This document shows, piece after piece, positions 47,558 to 61,074 of a stretch of 64,000 bases of DNA. The translations under genes were made by a program, and so were the position numbers. The DNA is taken from the NCBI GenBank assembly GCA_002269645.1, contig NIVC01000385.1, forward strand, positions 372,001 to 436,000, given 5' to 3'. The stretch's first letter is position 1; the number at the start of each line of letters is the position of its first letter. This stretch comes from Macrostomum lignano. Taxonomy: Eukaryota. The notes under the pieces were generated by a model, which worked only from the letters and a program-made list of their open reading frames with translations, was not told the DNA's origin and searched no databases.

Positions 47558-50449
47558 CTATTTAAGAGTGACGCTGACAATACGAATATCCTCCAATGGT
47601 TTGTCGCTCTTGCCGTTAGTTTTAACCGATGCAATTCTCTGTAGAACATCCATGCCCTGTTTGACCCGGCCAAACACAGTGTGCTTATCGTCTAGCCAAG
47701 GCGTGGGCGCTACGGTAATAAAGAATTGCGAACCGTTTGTGTTTGGGCCGGCATTGGCCATGCTCATAGTGTAGGGACGGTCGTGTCTCAGACTTGGACA
47801 AAATTCGTCTTGAAATTCGCCACCCCAAATTGACTGACCGCCGGTGCCGTTGCCCAATGGGCAGCCAGTCTGCACCATGAAGCCTTTGATTACGCGATGA
47901 AACAGCAAGCCATTGTAGTAGCCATTGCGGCTGTGAACGGTGAAATTCTCCACCGTTTTTGGGCACTCTTTCGGAAACAGATTGAAGGCGATATCGCCCA
48001 TTGTGGTGTGCAAAATGCCGCCATTAGCTAGTCGAGTGTGATCGAAATCTTCCGTGGCTGCTAGAATCTCTTCTTTAGTTGGTTTCTCATTCAGCACGTC
48101 CCTCTCCGAGCCGCTATGATCCGGCTCTCTTCTGCTCATCAAATAGAATCGATTCCGTTTGAAGCCGGTGCAGAACAGTGTGGGATCGGGCTCGGGAGTT
48201 TTCAACAGAGGATTTCCAGCTAGCTCAAGTTCTAATCTATGCAAGCCCGCATCGCCAGATGAGAGGCTATTAAACTGATTAGCGCTCGGCAGGCTTTGGC
48301 ACAGAGCCAAACGGACGAAGCGTACGTTCTCTTGTTGGCAAAGGAATCTGGACACACGGTTAGTGACTAGATTAACCACTTTGACGCCAATCGGTGTGGC
48401 GTATATTAAAAAATTATTACTTTCGTCAATAACGGCATTGCCAAATCGGGCATTCTCTTGGCTGCGATCTAATTCTTTTTCAACTGCCATTCGTTTGCCA
48501 AACTCCATGTCGGCTAAGATTGGCTTGCGCTGTTGCAACTCCGAATAGGACTGGGCACTCTCGTCTATCACCTGTGCGAAATTCAGGTGGATTAAGGCTG
48601 GATTTTTATGGTGTTGGCATTTTGTATCACAATTTGTCTGCTCATAATGTTAGTTCAATATTTGTCTGCTCATATTGTTAGTTCAATATTTTTTCTGCTC
48701 ATAATGTTAGTTCAATATTTGACTGCTCATAATGTTATTTCAATATTTGACTGCTCATTATCGTACGTTTAATATTTGACTGCTCAAATTATAAATTAGT
48801 TCAATATTTAACTGCTCATAATTCTAGTTAAATCAATATTTGACTGCCCATATTGGATAAGAAAACAAATCATGGTCATACAAAATTACCTTCCACAATT
48901 TTCCGGTGAAAAAGTTGAAAATCCGTATTTTAGCATCGCTGCACAGCAGCACTAACAATCGGCCATCGCTAGACGTCGTGGCAAACGTGGCATAGGATTT
49001 CGCCTGACAACAAGCGAACAGATCCGTATCAGTTTTGTACTGCCATTTCAAACAGTGCTCAGGAAATTCGTAGCTTCTCTTTGGTCCTGACCAGAATTCG
49101 ACAATGCCGTCAGTGTCCGCCGACACGACAATCTCCAATTTGACATTGTAGCATAGCGCCGACACTGGCGAATCGTGGCCAGAGCCTTCGATCACCTTCA
49201 GCGGTTCGCGCGATCCACGCCCATCGAAGACGCAAATTTTAGCCGAATCCCGATCGCTAACAGCCAGAGCTGCTACGGGATCGCCGCTAGCAAATATCCA
49301 AGCCAATTTATGAGGATAAAAGTCCAATCGGCACATGTTGATCATGTCGAAATTGCCAACATCGAATACCTGCGAGTTTTTTTAAAGGGGAAAGTTACAG
49401 AGAAATGGGTTTCTGTAATACCAATGCTTATTTGATTAATTTAATGATTTATTACAACTGACATAATGAGTCAACCGACTGTTCAGTCCTAGGACTAGGG
49501 GGACGCCACACAGCCTCAATTACCCCAGCTAATGCTGGCACCCATTTTACTTACAGCTGGGTGAACTGAAGCAATGCAAAGTTAAGCGTCTTGCTCAAGG
49601 ACACCAATTGTTCCAAGTGGGCCAAGAATCGAACCCCCGACCTTTCAGTTGAGTCCGACGCTCTAACCTATTAGGCTACAACCCCTTTGCAATGTTAAAT
49701 GTTTTAATTGGCTTTCTGCAATGTCAAAAAGCAAAAAAATGGTCGCCTAAATTCGGAAAAATACTCACGTGTCACAATTTATGGAGGAAAAGTGTATTAT
49801 AAACCTTATACTACTTTAACAAGTAGTATGAAATAGTTTCGTTTGGTAGTAAATTGTTTCAAAAAAACGTGACTTTTTTTGGCTTTTTTAAAGAATTGTC
49901 GCTAACCTTCAACGATCGATCTTTGGCATCGGCGGCGGCTGTAGCGCATAATTCGCCATTCCAACTGACAGCCAGATCGCATACCGGAGCTAAATGTGCT
50001 CGGAAATGCTTCACGAATTCTATGCCGGGATCTTGCTTAGCCCACAGCTTTAAATGACCATCGCTACTAGCCGTGACTAGTACGCCGCACTGCTGACTAT
50101 AGCCTACATGAGTTACTGGAGCTCGATGCATATACGACCGCTCATAGTAGTGAGAGCAGGGCAGCCGGTCAAGATAGACATCCTCGTGTGGTAGAGTCTT
50201 CACTGCAGCTGATTTAGTTGACAATTTCGAATGGCTACTACCGCTGGCTTCTGCCTCATTAGCCTGAGATTTCTTTGCTTTCTTCACTTCTGGAGGAGAA
50301 TTGCCGCCACTATTGCTGTCATCATCTGAATCGCTTGGCTCTTCCACAATGTCATCATTGTCGTCGGATTTCCGTCGCTTGTGCAGCTGCTGATTTTTAA
50401 CAGCCGAATCGTCTGAGGACATGCCGTGACTTTCAATGCTTTGGTTCAT
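47558..50449 (-). CDS. PPWD1: Peptidylprolyl isomerase domain and WD repeat protein 1; exons 50449-49907, 49369-48890, 48571-47558 (start may be 50422)
   Basis: YERSYMHR..TASSDGHLK.W..GIEFVKHFRAH WD40 region, VFDV.NFDMINM, and a cyclophilin domain (PKTVENF..FHRVIKGFM.QTG.P.GNGTGG.SIWG..SMANAGPNTNGSQFF..WLD.KHTVFGRV). Phase-0 GT-AG introns. Confidence 0.95.
48633..48850. repeat. About 29-bp minisatellite (ctgctcataatgttagttcaatatttga) in PPWD1 intron 2
   Basis: About 7 direct units. Confidence 0.88.
49471..49685 (-). mobile_element. tRNA-derived CORE-like SINE, copy 2 (PPWD1 intron 1)
   Basis: Minus strand reads ggggttgtagcctaataggttagagcgtcggac (A box)..gggggttcgattc (B box)..gtgtccttgagcaagacgcttaac..cagctgtaa. 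Confidence 0.88.
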
Positions 50450-50613
50450 AAAAATTTTTAAGTTCAAAGTTATGCTCGTATATACTGCTACTAATAGTAG
50501 AAAGTGCTGTAAGCTAGTGTAACTTATTTTTCTATCTTTCTTTCGTTGTTTCTTAAATGCTTTTTAGCTGGCTATTCAAAATAATCCTACATTAAAATTA
50601 TACAGAGACATAG

Positions 50614-51057
50614 GTCATAGATACTAGAATAACTAGATGGGCCACTCAGGCATATATACTTAGTAAAACAGCTTTCTACTTTCAGTTCAGTAGCAAAGAA
50701 GAATACGTAAGCTTATTTTATAAAAATAAAGACAGCTAAAATGACTCCGATAAGCTTAGAAGACCAAGTTTGCAGGCGTAAACAACTTGCTAATTGGTTC
50801 AGACATAATGTACATTAACCACTTAAATGTACATGGCAGCTTTAGAGTAAAATTCATAGAAAGGCAATAAAAATTGGGGTGGGGCGGGGAGGGTGGAAAA
50901 GCGCTGCTGAAGTGTTTAAGCTGAGGGGTAAGAGCCATTAATTGAGCCTTGACTGTAAAATACATTAAAATGCTTCTGTTTAACTTACTACTGAACTGAA
51001 AGTAGTTCACATGCAAATTTGCTGAGTGGCCCATCTAGTTATTCTCGTATCCGTGAC
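50614..51057. mobile_element. MITE with about 36-bp TIRs, same terminal family as 31666-32656
   Basis: gatactagaataactagatgggccactcag versus ctgagtggcccatctagttattctcgtatc (1 mismatch). Confidence 0.82.
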
Positions 51058-51260
51058 AAGTAAAAAAATAAAATAAACAAAAACACAAAAGCCCCAATCG
51101 CAACCGGTAATAATATACGTGAATTCTTCGGTTATAAAAATGCTTCTTTTATCAATTAAAGACATATGACACATTGCTTATTATAGCCTAACATAACAAT
51201 TTAGCAAATTACAAATAACAAATTATATAGCAGTTAGGAACTTTAGCTACTACAGTGACT

Positions 51261-51875
51261 TTATTTTTTCTTTCCAAAGGTCATCTTCTTGTCCACCTCG
51301 AAGGTGTACCGGTAGGTCGGGGTCACATCGCGATAGTCGCCATCAACTGCGTCAAATACGTCGGCCGACTGCGGCAAAGTGTACAACGGGCCAGACAAAG
51401 ACAGGCCTAACAAAGACTCGTCGGGTTGGCTAGCCAATTCGAATAAGCTCGGATCCAGCATCCTTAAATGCTGCATCGCTCTGTAGAGTTCTCGGCGTTG
51501 ATTAGCTAAGAGTTGGCACTCTGTATCTAGTTGGCGCCATTTAAATCGGGTCCATTCTTTCATTAGCAGGGCTCGCTGTTCTACTTCCGTTTGTGACGGC
51601 GCCGGCAATTTCCGCTCTCGACTATCCAAAGTTTTTATGAAATGTCGCTCGCCTTCAATTTCGTCTAGCGGCTTCAAGTAGCGACCGCGCTGCTCTAATC
51701 GTTTGATTTCTTTTTCAATACGACGGGTCTTCTTTCGGATTCGTTCCAGTTCCACCTGCGGATCGACGCGTTTCTTCTTTTTCAACGGCTCAGCCGGTAG
51801 AACGACGGACAGGTGAAAATTTCTTGAACCAAACGATGCATAATTGAAAATGTGCCGAATTGAAGCGGTCAGCAT
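51261..51875 (-). CDS. MRPL40: Mitochondrial ribosomal protein L40, single coding exon, 204 aa
   Basis: Transit-peptide-like N-terminus, AEPLKKKKRVDP, LKP..E, RALLMKEW, L...DP.LF..A, GP..T.P..DGDY.DVT motifs. Confidence 0.88.
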   Translation of the reverse strand: MLTASIRHIFNYASFGSRNFHLSVVLPAEPLKKKKRVDPQVELERIRKKTRRIEKEIKRLEQRGRYLKPLDEIEGERHFIKTLDSRERKLPAPSQTEVEQRALLMKEWTRFKWRQLDTECQLLANQRRELYRAMQHLRMLDPSLFELASQPDESLLGLSLSGPLYTLPQSADVFDAVDGDYRDVTPTYRYTFEVDKKMTFGKKK

Positions 51876-51937
51876 GACCCCGATTCGCTAAATATTCTGC
51901 AGCGGGGAAAGAATAATCAGGTGGCTTACTTGCTATT

Positions 51938-52197
51938 GATAATAATAATAATTGATTGCACCTGCTGAAGCGGGCAGGATGTGCAACCAACAACTCAGCC
52001 GCAGCCATTGCGCGGGCGCATCTGAAGGTTGCGTACGGCCACACACACGCACCCCTAATTAATCCTAGCTAATGCTATTTACAACTGGGTGAACTGAAGC
52101 AATGCCTTGCTCAAGGACACAAACTGTTCCGAGTAAGGTCTCGCGAATCGAACCCCCGACCTCTCAGTCGGGAGTTCAACGCTCTAATCACTATGTC
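51938..52197 (-). mobile_element. tRNA-derived CORE-like SINE, copy 3, with (ATT)n tail
   Basis: B box gggggttcgattc, CORE block, 3' cagatgcgc..gcaatggctgcggctgag shared with copy 1, tail attattattattat. Confidence 0.88.
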
Positions 52198-53204
52198 TAA
52201 ATTGTAGAAACGATATAACTAAAATTCTCTATGGTAGGGTAGGCGGGCTGCTATTTTATTTGATTTTGAACATTTTAACTGACGCCCGTAAGAGATTCAT
52301 TCTAGACTACTGAGAAAAGTAGACGAATATATAGATTTAAAATGGTAAAATTAATTATTAATTAAAAATTACAAGGTGTTCCAAGTGGTGTCGAAGTGTT
52401 GAAAAATGAGTATAGGTTATTTACATCTTATATTTCGTACCGTTACATTACCCTATTAATTAGCTACGTAAAAGCAATAATGTTACACTATATGAAAATA
52501 TTAAACAAACATGAAAGCATGCTAAAAAGCGATACAATGAGGGGAACGCGAGTTTACAGTACTAATTTACAAGGAGAGAATTAATGCAATTTTTCTTGTC
52601 TAATGTTACAATTTCAGAGACAGAAAAAAACATGAATCTAATATATATAAATGAGTACGAAATTCTTGCTTATCAGACTGCAATTTAAACGCAATTTTAA
52701 CGATATATAGGCAAAGTAATACACCTACGCATTTAGTGAAAGTCATTATAAAGTTTCCTAATTTTATATCGATTTTAACTTAGAAATAGTACAACTGGAA
52801 ACAGATGCATGAAAACTAAACCAGACCAGTATTTTTTCGTTTGTAGATCTCTATTGACTTTGACTCCAAGTAACAACATATATACTCCTTGAAATGGCAC
52901 TACGGCACGCTTATACGAGCTATAATCGCTATCGCTAGATATGTCACTCGCAAGAAATGTGTTCAACTACTTTTCAGTAGTAAGATTAGCGTCTAAATTT
53001 AAATTAATTGAAATTGTCAACATATTGGAATTTTAAAGCTGCAACAATTGCATTTGGCTTTCTGACAGCGTAGCTATAAAAATTGCATCATCGTGTTCGA
53101 CTGACTTCAGACTGCCTCAGATTTGATTTTTAAAAAAATATATTTAAAACTGCATATTGCAGGAAAACTTAAACTACCGAAATCCAGTGCGTGCATAGTG
53201 TGCG

Positions 53205-53700
53205 AGAGAAAAGGGTGGTGCCCCAGCCCCCAGCCAGGCCAATAAACAGTTTGTATTTCCTTTAGCCCGCTTGTCTTTGACTTTGACCTCTCTCCTTACT
53301 GCTCTCTCATTGACTGAGCTAGTTTTTGGAACTGCCTCTTGGACTGGGTTTCGTCTGTCTGACTTTGACCTCTCTCTCCTTGCTGCTCTCTCATTGGCTG
53401 AGCAAAACTGGGCCTGCCCTCTTCTAGGCTGGGTTTCGTCTGTCTGACTTTGACCTCTCTCTCCTTGCTGCTCTCTCATTGGATCTGAGCTAGACTGGGC
53501 CTGTCCCTAAAACTGAGTTTCGTCCGTTTTGCATTCACTCTTCACCTATATTCTCCTGAGGCCGTAACCCCGAGGAGGGAAATTAACATATAAAATTTAA
53601 GTGACACCGAACAGCCGCTCTACTGTTTCACAGGTTTAATTGCAAGTGACATATCTAGACATTCTAGCATCTGCTTATTTTAACATTCTAGCATCTGCTT
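53205..53700. mobile_element. Second copy of the 80-bp-array element (about 3 units); a further fragment lies at 54395-54575
   Basis: Shares ccccag..ggccaataaacagtttg, the 80-bp unit, and gaggcc..aaatttaagtgac with 31850-32620; degenerate right TIR next to the NIPP1 stop. Confidence 0.75.
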
Positions 53701-53703
53701 ATT

Positions 53704-56700
53704 TTAACCAGACGCTAGAAACCCTGGCTTCTTTCCTGGCCAAGCCTCCTTAGCGTATTTCTTCTTTCTAGGCGTGTCCAAAGCTTCGCCGGCGCTTGAG
53801 GCTGCCGCTGTTCCAGCTTCATGAGCCTCATCGCTACCAGCAGCCGCAACAGCTGGCGCTCCCGCCGTTTTACCAACATTTGGCGCCGTATTATTATTAA
53901 TAACAGGAACTGCAGACGAAGTCGCCACCGATGCTGTCGTTGACGCCACTGCCGGCGGTGGTTCCACATCTACATCCGGCGTGAGATTTGGCAGCGCCAA
54001 GCCCAGCTTAGCAGCGGCGCTAAACGCGCCCAAACTTAGAGCCGAAGCTGACAAAGAATCACTACCAATACCAGACGACGCGGAGGAATTAGCATTTGTC
54101 GCTATCGAATCTTCATCAGCGGAATGACTCTGTTGGTGATAATGCAACTGATTGTGGCCGTGTGAATCATCCTGACTACCAACAACAAACTTGGTCTTTT
54201 TGCCACTATTCGGAATGAAAGTTTCGTAAACCAGATTGCGAAACCGGCCAACTGTCGGATCGACGTCCTCCGGATTGATGACGTCATCTTCGTCGGCAAA
54301 TGTGATGCAACGGCCGCGGCGACGCTTGCGCGAATTGGCTATCGCCTAGGAACATTATAAAAGAAATTTAAAATCAATATAAATAACAAGCTGCTCTCTC
54401 GTTGGTTGGGCTAGATTGTACCTACCCCCCCCCCCAGGACTGAGTTTGGTCCGCCTAACTTAGACTTCTCTCCTTACTGCTCTCTCATTGGCTGAGCTAG
54501 ATTGTACCCGCCCCTAGACTGAGTTTCGTCCGCCTAACTTTTACTTTTCTCTCTCATTGGCTGGGCTAGAATATGTCTGCCCATTTGTCAATTATTAGAA
54601 GTTTTTGAAATCTTAAGAATCCCGATAGTTAAAAAATGATTAATAGTTCAAATAAAGCATGAATTACAGAAAATACGAAACTTAGATTAAAACTGTTCTT
54701 AATCACAAAACGAATGCTTCACACTTTGCTACTTGCTAGCCGCATGAAAAACAGAGAATAAAATTTACTTACCCCCATTTCATCAACAGCATCTGGATCC
54801 TGATTCTGAGCAGCGGCAGTCACAGACGAGGCCACAACAGAGGCTATCCTACGATTCTGAGCGGTATTAAATTCCGTAAGATTATCCAATTCAGATTCAG
54901 TCTGCGGCAATCCCAAATAATTGCCCTCGCGTCCGCCACCGCCGTAACTGCTGCTGATGCCGCCGCTACCGGCACCGCCGCTGGTACCATTACCGCTGAC
55001 GCCATCTTGATCGGCACCCTGTTCACCCTCGCCGCCTTCAAGATATCGCTGACGATGCTGCGGCTTCTCCCTGATAATATGCACCCGACTAGAGGCGCCG
55101 AAATGTATTTCGGAATCAATTGGCACCTGTTGCGGCTTGTGCGGCTCTAATCTAAAAGTACCAATAAAAGTACCGTGCGTACTGCCCAGATCAATCAAGA
55201 ATGGCCGGGACACGAATTTGTGCCAAACTAACGCGGCATGAACGCGAGAGCAGGACTCGTGCTCAACTGGGAAATCGCACAGCTGCCTATTGCGGCCAAA
55301 GAAATAACACTTCTTCTCGTCGATCATTAGCTTCTGTACTAGTTTGCCTTCTTTTAGTACATCCAGGTGGAGACCCATTTGCGGCCTGCCAGCCCTGTTG
55401 CAAATTAGTTGGTAACAACAGGTTAGATAAGCACGTGGCTAATCAACTTCTTGTATGGTAATTTAAAAATGTTGTTAAAAAGCTTGTATAATTGAATAAA
55501 AGCATCCTTTTTGTCAATCAATACATGCACAAAATCCTGAATTTTAATCAGCTGATGTGACATGTTTCTGGAGAGCCATTGTGTAGCATAGCTTATCTCT
55601 AGATACAATATACACTTTCTCTTACAATGTATTTACAATGTATGAAATCTAAAATCTAAAGTTCTGAAATCAAAGTATATGAAATCTAAAAATTTAAAAG
55701 CTGAACAAATATTTCAAAAAATCAAGACACTAAAAATATTATAACTTTTTAATTACTTGACCAAGTTTCATAAATAAAGTGTCAAAACATCTACATTAAG
55801 AAATTCAAAAAAATAAATAATAAAAAATCCAAATTTTAAACTTTACCAATACAAGCATATTTGATAGAGGCTACCCTTTTAAAATTTTGTCTAACTCTAT
55901 AGGAACAAAAAATTCTTATAAACACTTGATTTGTTAAAATATGCTGCACTCTATCTCTATTTTTTGAAAATAAATATGGCAAAGTTTTGTTCTCTATATT
56001 GGCTTACTTTGATTCACTTTTTTTATAAAAAATGCCAAAATTTGAAGCAAATACTTATTTACTAAATAGAATCACTAGTCACTAACTCATGCAGATGAAT
56101 AGTCTAATGGCCAATTGCAAAATAGCAAGAAGGAAAGGCATTATTTGCCAAGTATAAAGGGAGAAACTTCCTAATTAGCCCTTTTTGAACAAAGTCTACC
56201 AATAAGAAATCAGAATTAGACAGGAGCCAACCTAGACACTAGAAAAATAAAATAGCAATCATAATCTATTAGGAATGCTACTTTAGAATAAAACTAGCAC
56301 ATTATGCCTCCATGGGGGCATTAAAATTCATAATTCAAACATTGAAAACATGAAAAATTGTTTTTTGAATATTTGACACACTTTGAAATCAAACTTTTTT
56401 GTTTGAAGTTTTATACATACTCAGCAACATTGAAAAGTTGCCACTTTATGCACCATGTAAGCAATTTCTCTTGGACTATTTTGAAATAAAAGATGCAAAA
56501 AATAATTGGTTTAATAAGCTTTAATCTATCCAACAAAACCCTCACACACTGCTCCCCCTACTTTATTCCTCAAGTCAAGTCGTAGCATAGCAAGTTGCAT
56601 CACTTGCAAAGATTGAGAGAATTTACTTGCACTCCCAAAAGTGATGACCACACATAGAATCTTCTGTGATAGTAACTTTTCAATATTGCTGAGTTGCAAA

Positions 56701-59700
56701 TTAAGTATCTATGTTACTGTATATTGTTATTGTTGTATATAAGATGTTGGATGTTAGATGTTTTAGACTAGCTAAAACAGTGTTTTGTCACTTGGCACTA
56801 TATGCTACCATACATGCACAACAGTCGGCTGAGTTGGCCAATCTAGCCAACCAAGGTAAGTCGCAAAAAATGCCCACCTAAATAAATACCCAAGTAATAC
56901 TAAGTAGATAATGAGGCATTTTGCCTTAATAAGACAGTCATAGTTACTCTTGCCATTTTCCCAAAGTTGCATTTTTTTATTTAGGGTTTCTTTTACATGT
57001 AAGTTGCATTTTTGTTAAAACTAAGTCACACTGCTGACCGAATTTTGGAGGTTGCACATGTAACTTGTATGTATGCTACTAGAACAATTCTGTATGTTTA
57101 AGAGAATCTAAGTAACTAAATTCAGGAGTATACAAGGTACCTCCCTTTTATAATAAGAGAAAAGCTTTATAGCTGATTAGTAATTGCCTAGGATGAATTA
57201 CAACATAATAATAATAACCCATAATAGGCTGTCACTAGGGAATACAATCTTAGGATCCTAGAATTGCAGGATTAGGCCTAAAACTAATGATTTTGATTAG
57301 GTTGAAACCCCTAGATTATAAATCCTAAGGTCACAATTGTCTAAGAAATTGAAAATCCAAGGATTGACCAATTGGGATCATAATCCTAGTTTGCAATAAT
57401 TCAATCATTTATTTTTCGGCAGTTGTTATTGTTATGGTGACCATATAAATAATAAAATGGTTATTTTATGGTTAATGCATAAGACACTATTTGGGCCTAT
57501 GGATGGTTATACTTAATATAACCATATAAATAGCAAACTGTTATTTTTATTGTCACCATACGTAGGAGACAAAATGGCTTTTTTATAGTCATATAGAATA
57601 AATTTCAGTTAAATTACAATGCAATAGTTAACAATTACCTAGAGTAAGCTACTATGACAAGAACCATAGGAGTTGCTATTGTATGTATTTATAATACATT
57701 TCTTTATTTTTTAATTTAACCATCTTAGTATTTGCATAGCAAGTTTATCACTTGATTTAGATAGTATTTGTTTTAAGTATTGACCAAAAAATAACCGTCT
57801 CACTATTTATATGGTCACTGTAACAATAAAAACTGCCCTATTTTTAGTAATAGTTTAACACAGTATTTAGCTATTTGAAATAAAAACATGAAAGTCCCAC
57901 AAAGTAGTGCATGATAAATATGAATATCATAATGAATATCATAACATAATTGTCCTATTTTTATTGCTTAATCTTTTAAGCTTATAAGCTAGTGAATAGA
58001 AGGCTATATAATGCCATACTCCAAATCATGTAGTATATGTTGCGTAGGCTTTGTATTTATGTTTCTTTGTTAGTTATAGTTGTATGTCTCATTTTCGTAT
58101 GTTAAAGATATGTACATCTCTGGGCCCCACCCCATCATTACTTAGTGTACATGCAATCTCAGCCCCACCCCATCTTTTGTGTGTCATTTAGCAGTTAATA
58201 CAAAAGGATCAATGGCTTGAATTTGTTTGTGAGAGCGTGTTGTGGCAATAGTCAAAACCTTGCCAAGAGTTTGGGCAAAAGGTTCTTTGTCTTAAGAACA
58301 TAAATCTGGTAGCAGAGTGTGGTTGTGAGATTGAATGTCATTTGGAGACAAAAAGGCTACGGATGCAGCAGCAGCAGCAGTAACAGAATTAGCATCAGAT
58401 CGAAATCAAGAGAGATTGGAATCGGAGCAATGAATGGCACAACTGAAAGGCAAAAAGGCTGTCAAAAAATGTGCCTTCACTAAACAGCGAAACAAGCTAC
58501 TCAAGTACCTCAACTCGGACGGCGTGACACTTGAGGGCGTGGAGAAGATTACTGAAGCGCTGGACAAGCAGGTTGAGCATGGCAGTACTGGCAGAGCAAA
58601 CACTGGCTATCTTCTACCTTAAGATAGTAGAAGAAAAAATGATAAAACTGGAGATGCATTTCTTAATTGTCGTCACATTTTGGATCTAAAACTAGCAGTG
58701 CCTTTTTGGACTACAAGATTGTATATATTTATATAGTGCATGAGTGTTAGCCATGGGGGCAGTGAGGTAGGGTCTCCAATGAGATTTTTAAAACTTATAT
58801 TTTTACCTTTGTTATTTTTAGCTAGATAGATCTAAGTGACAGAAGTCCAAATGGCTTCATTTGTTAAATTTGGTTGAGGAATAAAAGTTATTCAATTTTT
58901 TTCTGAAAAAAAATTTGGATTTCTTTAAAATGAGAAATATACTTCACGACTATGATCATTTTGACCAAAAAGTGATTTTTTGTATTTTTTATGCTGTAAC
59001 CTTTTTTGCTATACCAAATTTTATGAGCTTGGTGTTATCTTTTAGCATTTTTTTGTAGATTATTTTGCATTAGGCCTAGTGCTTTGAAAAATACAATTGA
59101 TAGTTTTTCTCCTATTCTTAATATAATAAGGTGCCATAAATTTAATTTTAATTTTCAGATCACAATTATTCCATTTTTATCCTTATATAGATCATCCAGG
59201 CAGTGTTGGGCAAGTTACTCAAAAAAAGTAACTTGCGTTACTGTAACTTAAGTTACCAACTTTTAAAAAGTAACTTACGTTAGCCTAGTAACTTTAGACA
59301 AAAACCTGGTAACTTTTAAGTTACTGTCCGTTACTTAAAAGTAACCACTTCCGTTACCCATGTTATTAACAAAATTTTCTGCTTTTTTCACATTGCACAT
59401 TTTTTCACATTGTTGTTACTGAAATTTGCCATTGGGCATTGGGATTAACCGATTAACAGACAGAGACAGGAATTGGCGACACACTGTGAGGCAAGTATAG
59501 AAGGACCAATGGGCAATGGCAATCAATAATTTTTAAAATTATAAATGATAAAATAAACGAATATCAATAATTCAATAGAGTAAAATAAATAGAACTGTAT
59601 AAAATGGTGTAGTGTACTGCAGTGCCAGTGGAGGCTACAGATGAATTTCTTTCTTTGGTTGTTTGTTTAAATCAAACTTAAAATTTTTAGTAACGAAAAT

Positions 59701-61074
59701 GAGGGCGAAAATATTTTACCGAAATTAACAAAGTAAAACATGTTTCAAGTATTTCTTCATTAATTAAGCGCAATACCATATGATACTATTCACTTAATTT
59801 TGAATTTAGGAATGAAAAATGCAAAAACATGTGACAACCGGCGTACTAGCTAAGCATTTCAGTTTTAAATTTAAATATTGCGATTGTTGCAAAGCAACTG
59901 TAATGGACTTCCGAAATTTGAGTAACTTACTGTTACTCCGTTACTAAAATAAAAAAGTAACTTGCGTAAGGAACGCTTTACAAAAAAGTAACTTGCGTTA
60001 CCATTTGCAAGTTACTCAGTAACGGAAGTGCCCAACACTGCATCCAGGTATAATACTAAGCTGATCTAGCTGTCTGGCAAGTGGCCTAGCCAAGGTAAAT
60101 TGCAAAAATGCCCATCTAAGGAGTACTAATTAGATGACGAGGCATTTACTTCTACCATTTACCTAAACCATCAGTACCATTATTAGGGTTGTAGGAAGAT
60201 CTGGCAATAAGATCATTGTTTCCTCTTGATTCTATGATCTATGCCATTTTTAGATAATAAAACAGAAGAAGAAAAAAGTGAAAAACTTACATAAAAGTTT
60301 TGCTCTCTTTTTAAGTTGTATCCTTACTTTGGTTTTTCTACCAAAAATTAGCCAAACTTCTATCTAACATAACTTGGCTTGTTTTGCACATTTTAAGATA
60401 GGCCTAGTTTAAAAACTATTGTGTTCCATTTTTTGTCTAGCTTGCAGTGTATATTTCAGTTTTTTTCTGATTCATTTGCACATTGGCTCTATTTTAATTT
60501 TATAATAAGCACTTTTTTACATTTTTTCACAATTTTTGGCCCTGTTTTTCATAATGGAGTTGTTACATAAGGCTAAAAAGGGTAAAAAGAGTTGCTAGGC
60601 TAGGCCAATACAAAATGCTACATATGCAGACTGCCACACTATGTGCACTGCCTTGTGCTGCATCTCTCATAAGTAATGTAAAGGGAAACATGAAAACTAC
60701 ACTGCATCTATGAAGGATTTAGAAATCCTATATATAACCCTCTTTTCTAGAAATGTGGAATCTGGAGTCTGGCAATCATGCACAAAAAATAAGTTAGTCA
60801 GTCCTTACATTTAAATAAATATGTTATAAAACAATTAATTAGGCTTATTATTTAAAGGAATTATAATATAGGCCTACACCCAATACTAGGCACTCACTAG
60901 GAGTTATAAAATTAAATATATTATATTAGAAACAAATTGGCCTAACTTATTTTATCATGACATAGGCTTACTTATAAATTTAGGACTTAAAACTTACCAT
61001 GATGGGACTTTAAAGTTGTTAAATAACTTTTCTGACAGTTCAAATTTTTCTTTCTTATTTAGGTGTGATGTCAT
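53704..61074 (-). CDS. PPP1R8: Nuclear inhibitor of protein phosphatase 1 (NIPP1); exons 61074-60998, 55394-54773, 54345-53704
   Basis: Exon 1 MTSH..FKVPS-TG|gtaagt joins G-AGRPQMGLHLDV to rebuild the conserved P.WAG.P motif. FHA domain (FGRN..CSRVHAAL..DLGSTHGTF), TEFNTAQNRRI, RVxF-type RCITF, INPEDVDP.VGRFRN, and C-terminal KKKYAKEAWPGKKP. Confidence 0.93.
57418..57837. mobile_element. MITE-like element with about 37-bp TIRs
   Basis: ggcagttgttattgttatggtgaccatataaata versus tatttatatggtcactgtaacaataaaaactgcc; no clean TSD. Confidence 0.6.
58038..58660 (+). mobile_element. 5' LTR (58038-58300) with PBS and truncated gag-like remnant
   Basis: LTR homologous to 10146-10411; followed by taaatc-tggtagcagagtgtgg (PBS-like, 58307-58322) and a short ORF MAQLKGKKAVKKCAFTKQRNKLL. 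Confidence 0.8.
59201..60040. mobile_element. Non-autonomous hAT element, 840 bp
   Basis: TIRs cagtgttgggca / tgcccaacactg, gtaac/gttac subterminal repeats, perfect 8-bp TSD catccagg (59193-59200, 60041-60048). Confidence 0.93.

Noticed and set aside
47558-48040. Idea that this cyclophilin is the missing RanBP2 C-terminal domain
   Set aside because: It lies upstream of RANBP2, is fused to PPWD1 WD40 exons and has its own stop codon.
49620-49685. tRNA gene candidates (also about 1593 and 52140)
   Set aside because: A/B boxes are present but there is no closed acceptor stem, and all continue into the same SINE body.
56810-56935. About 100-bp segment repeated at about 60055-60150
   Set aside because: Too short and degenerate to define ends or class; probably fragments of an old TE.
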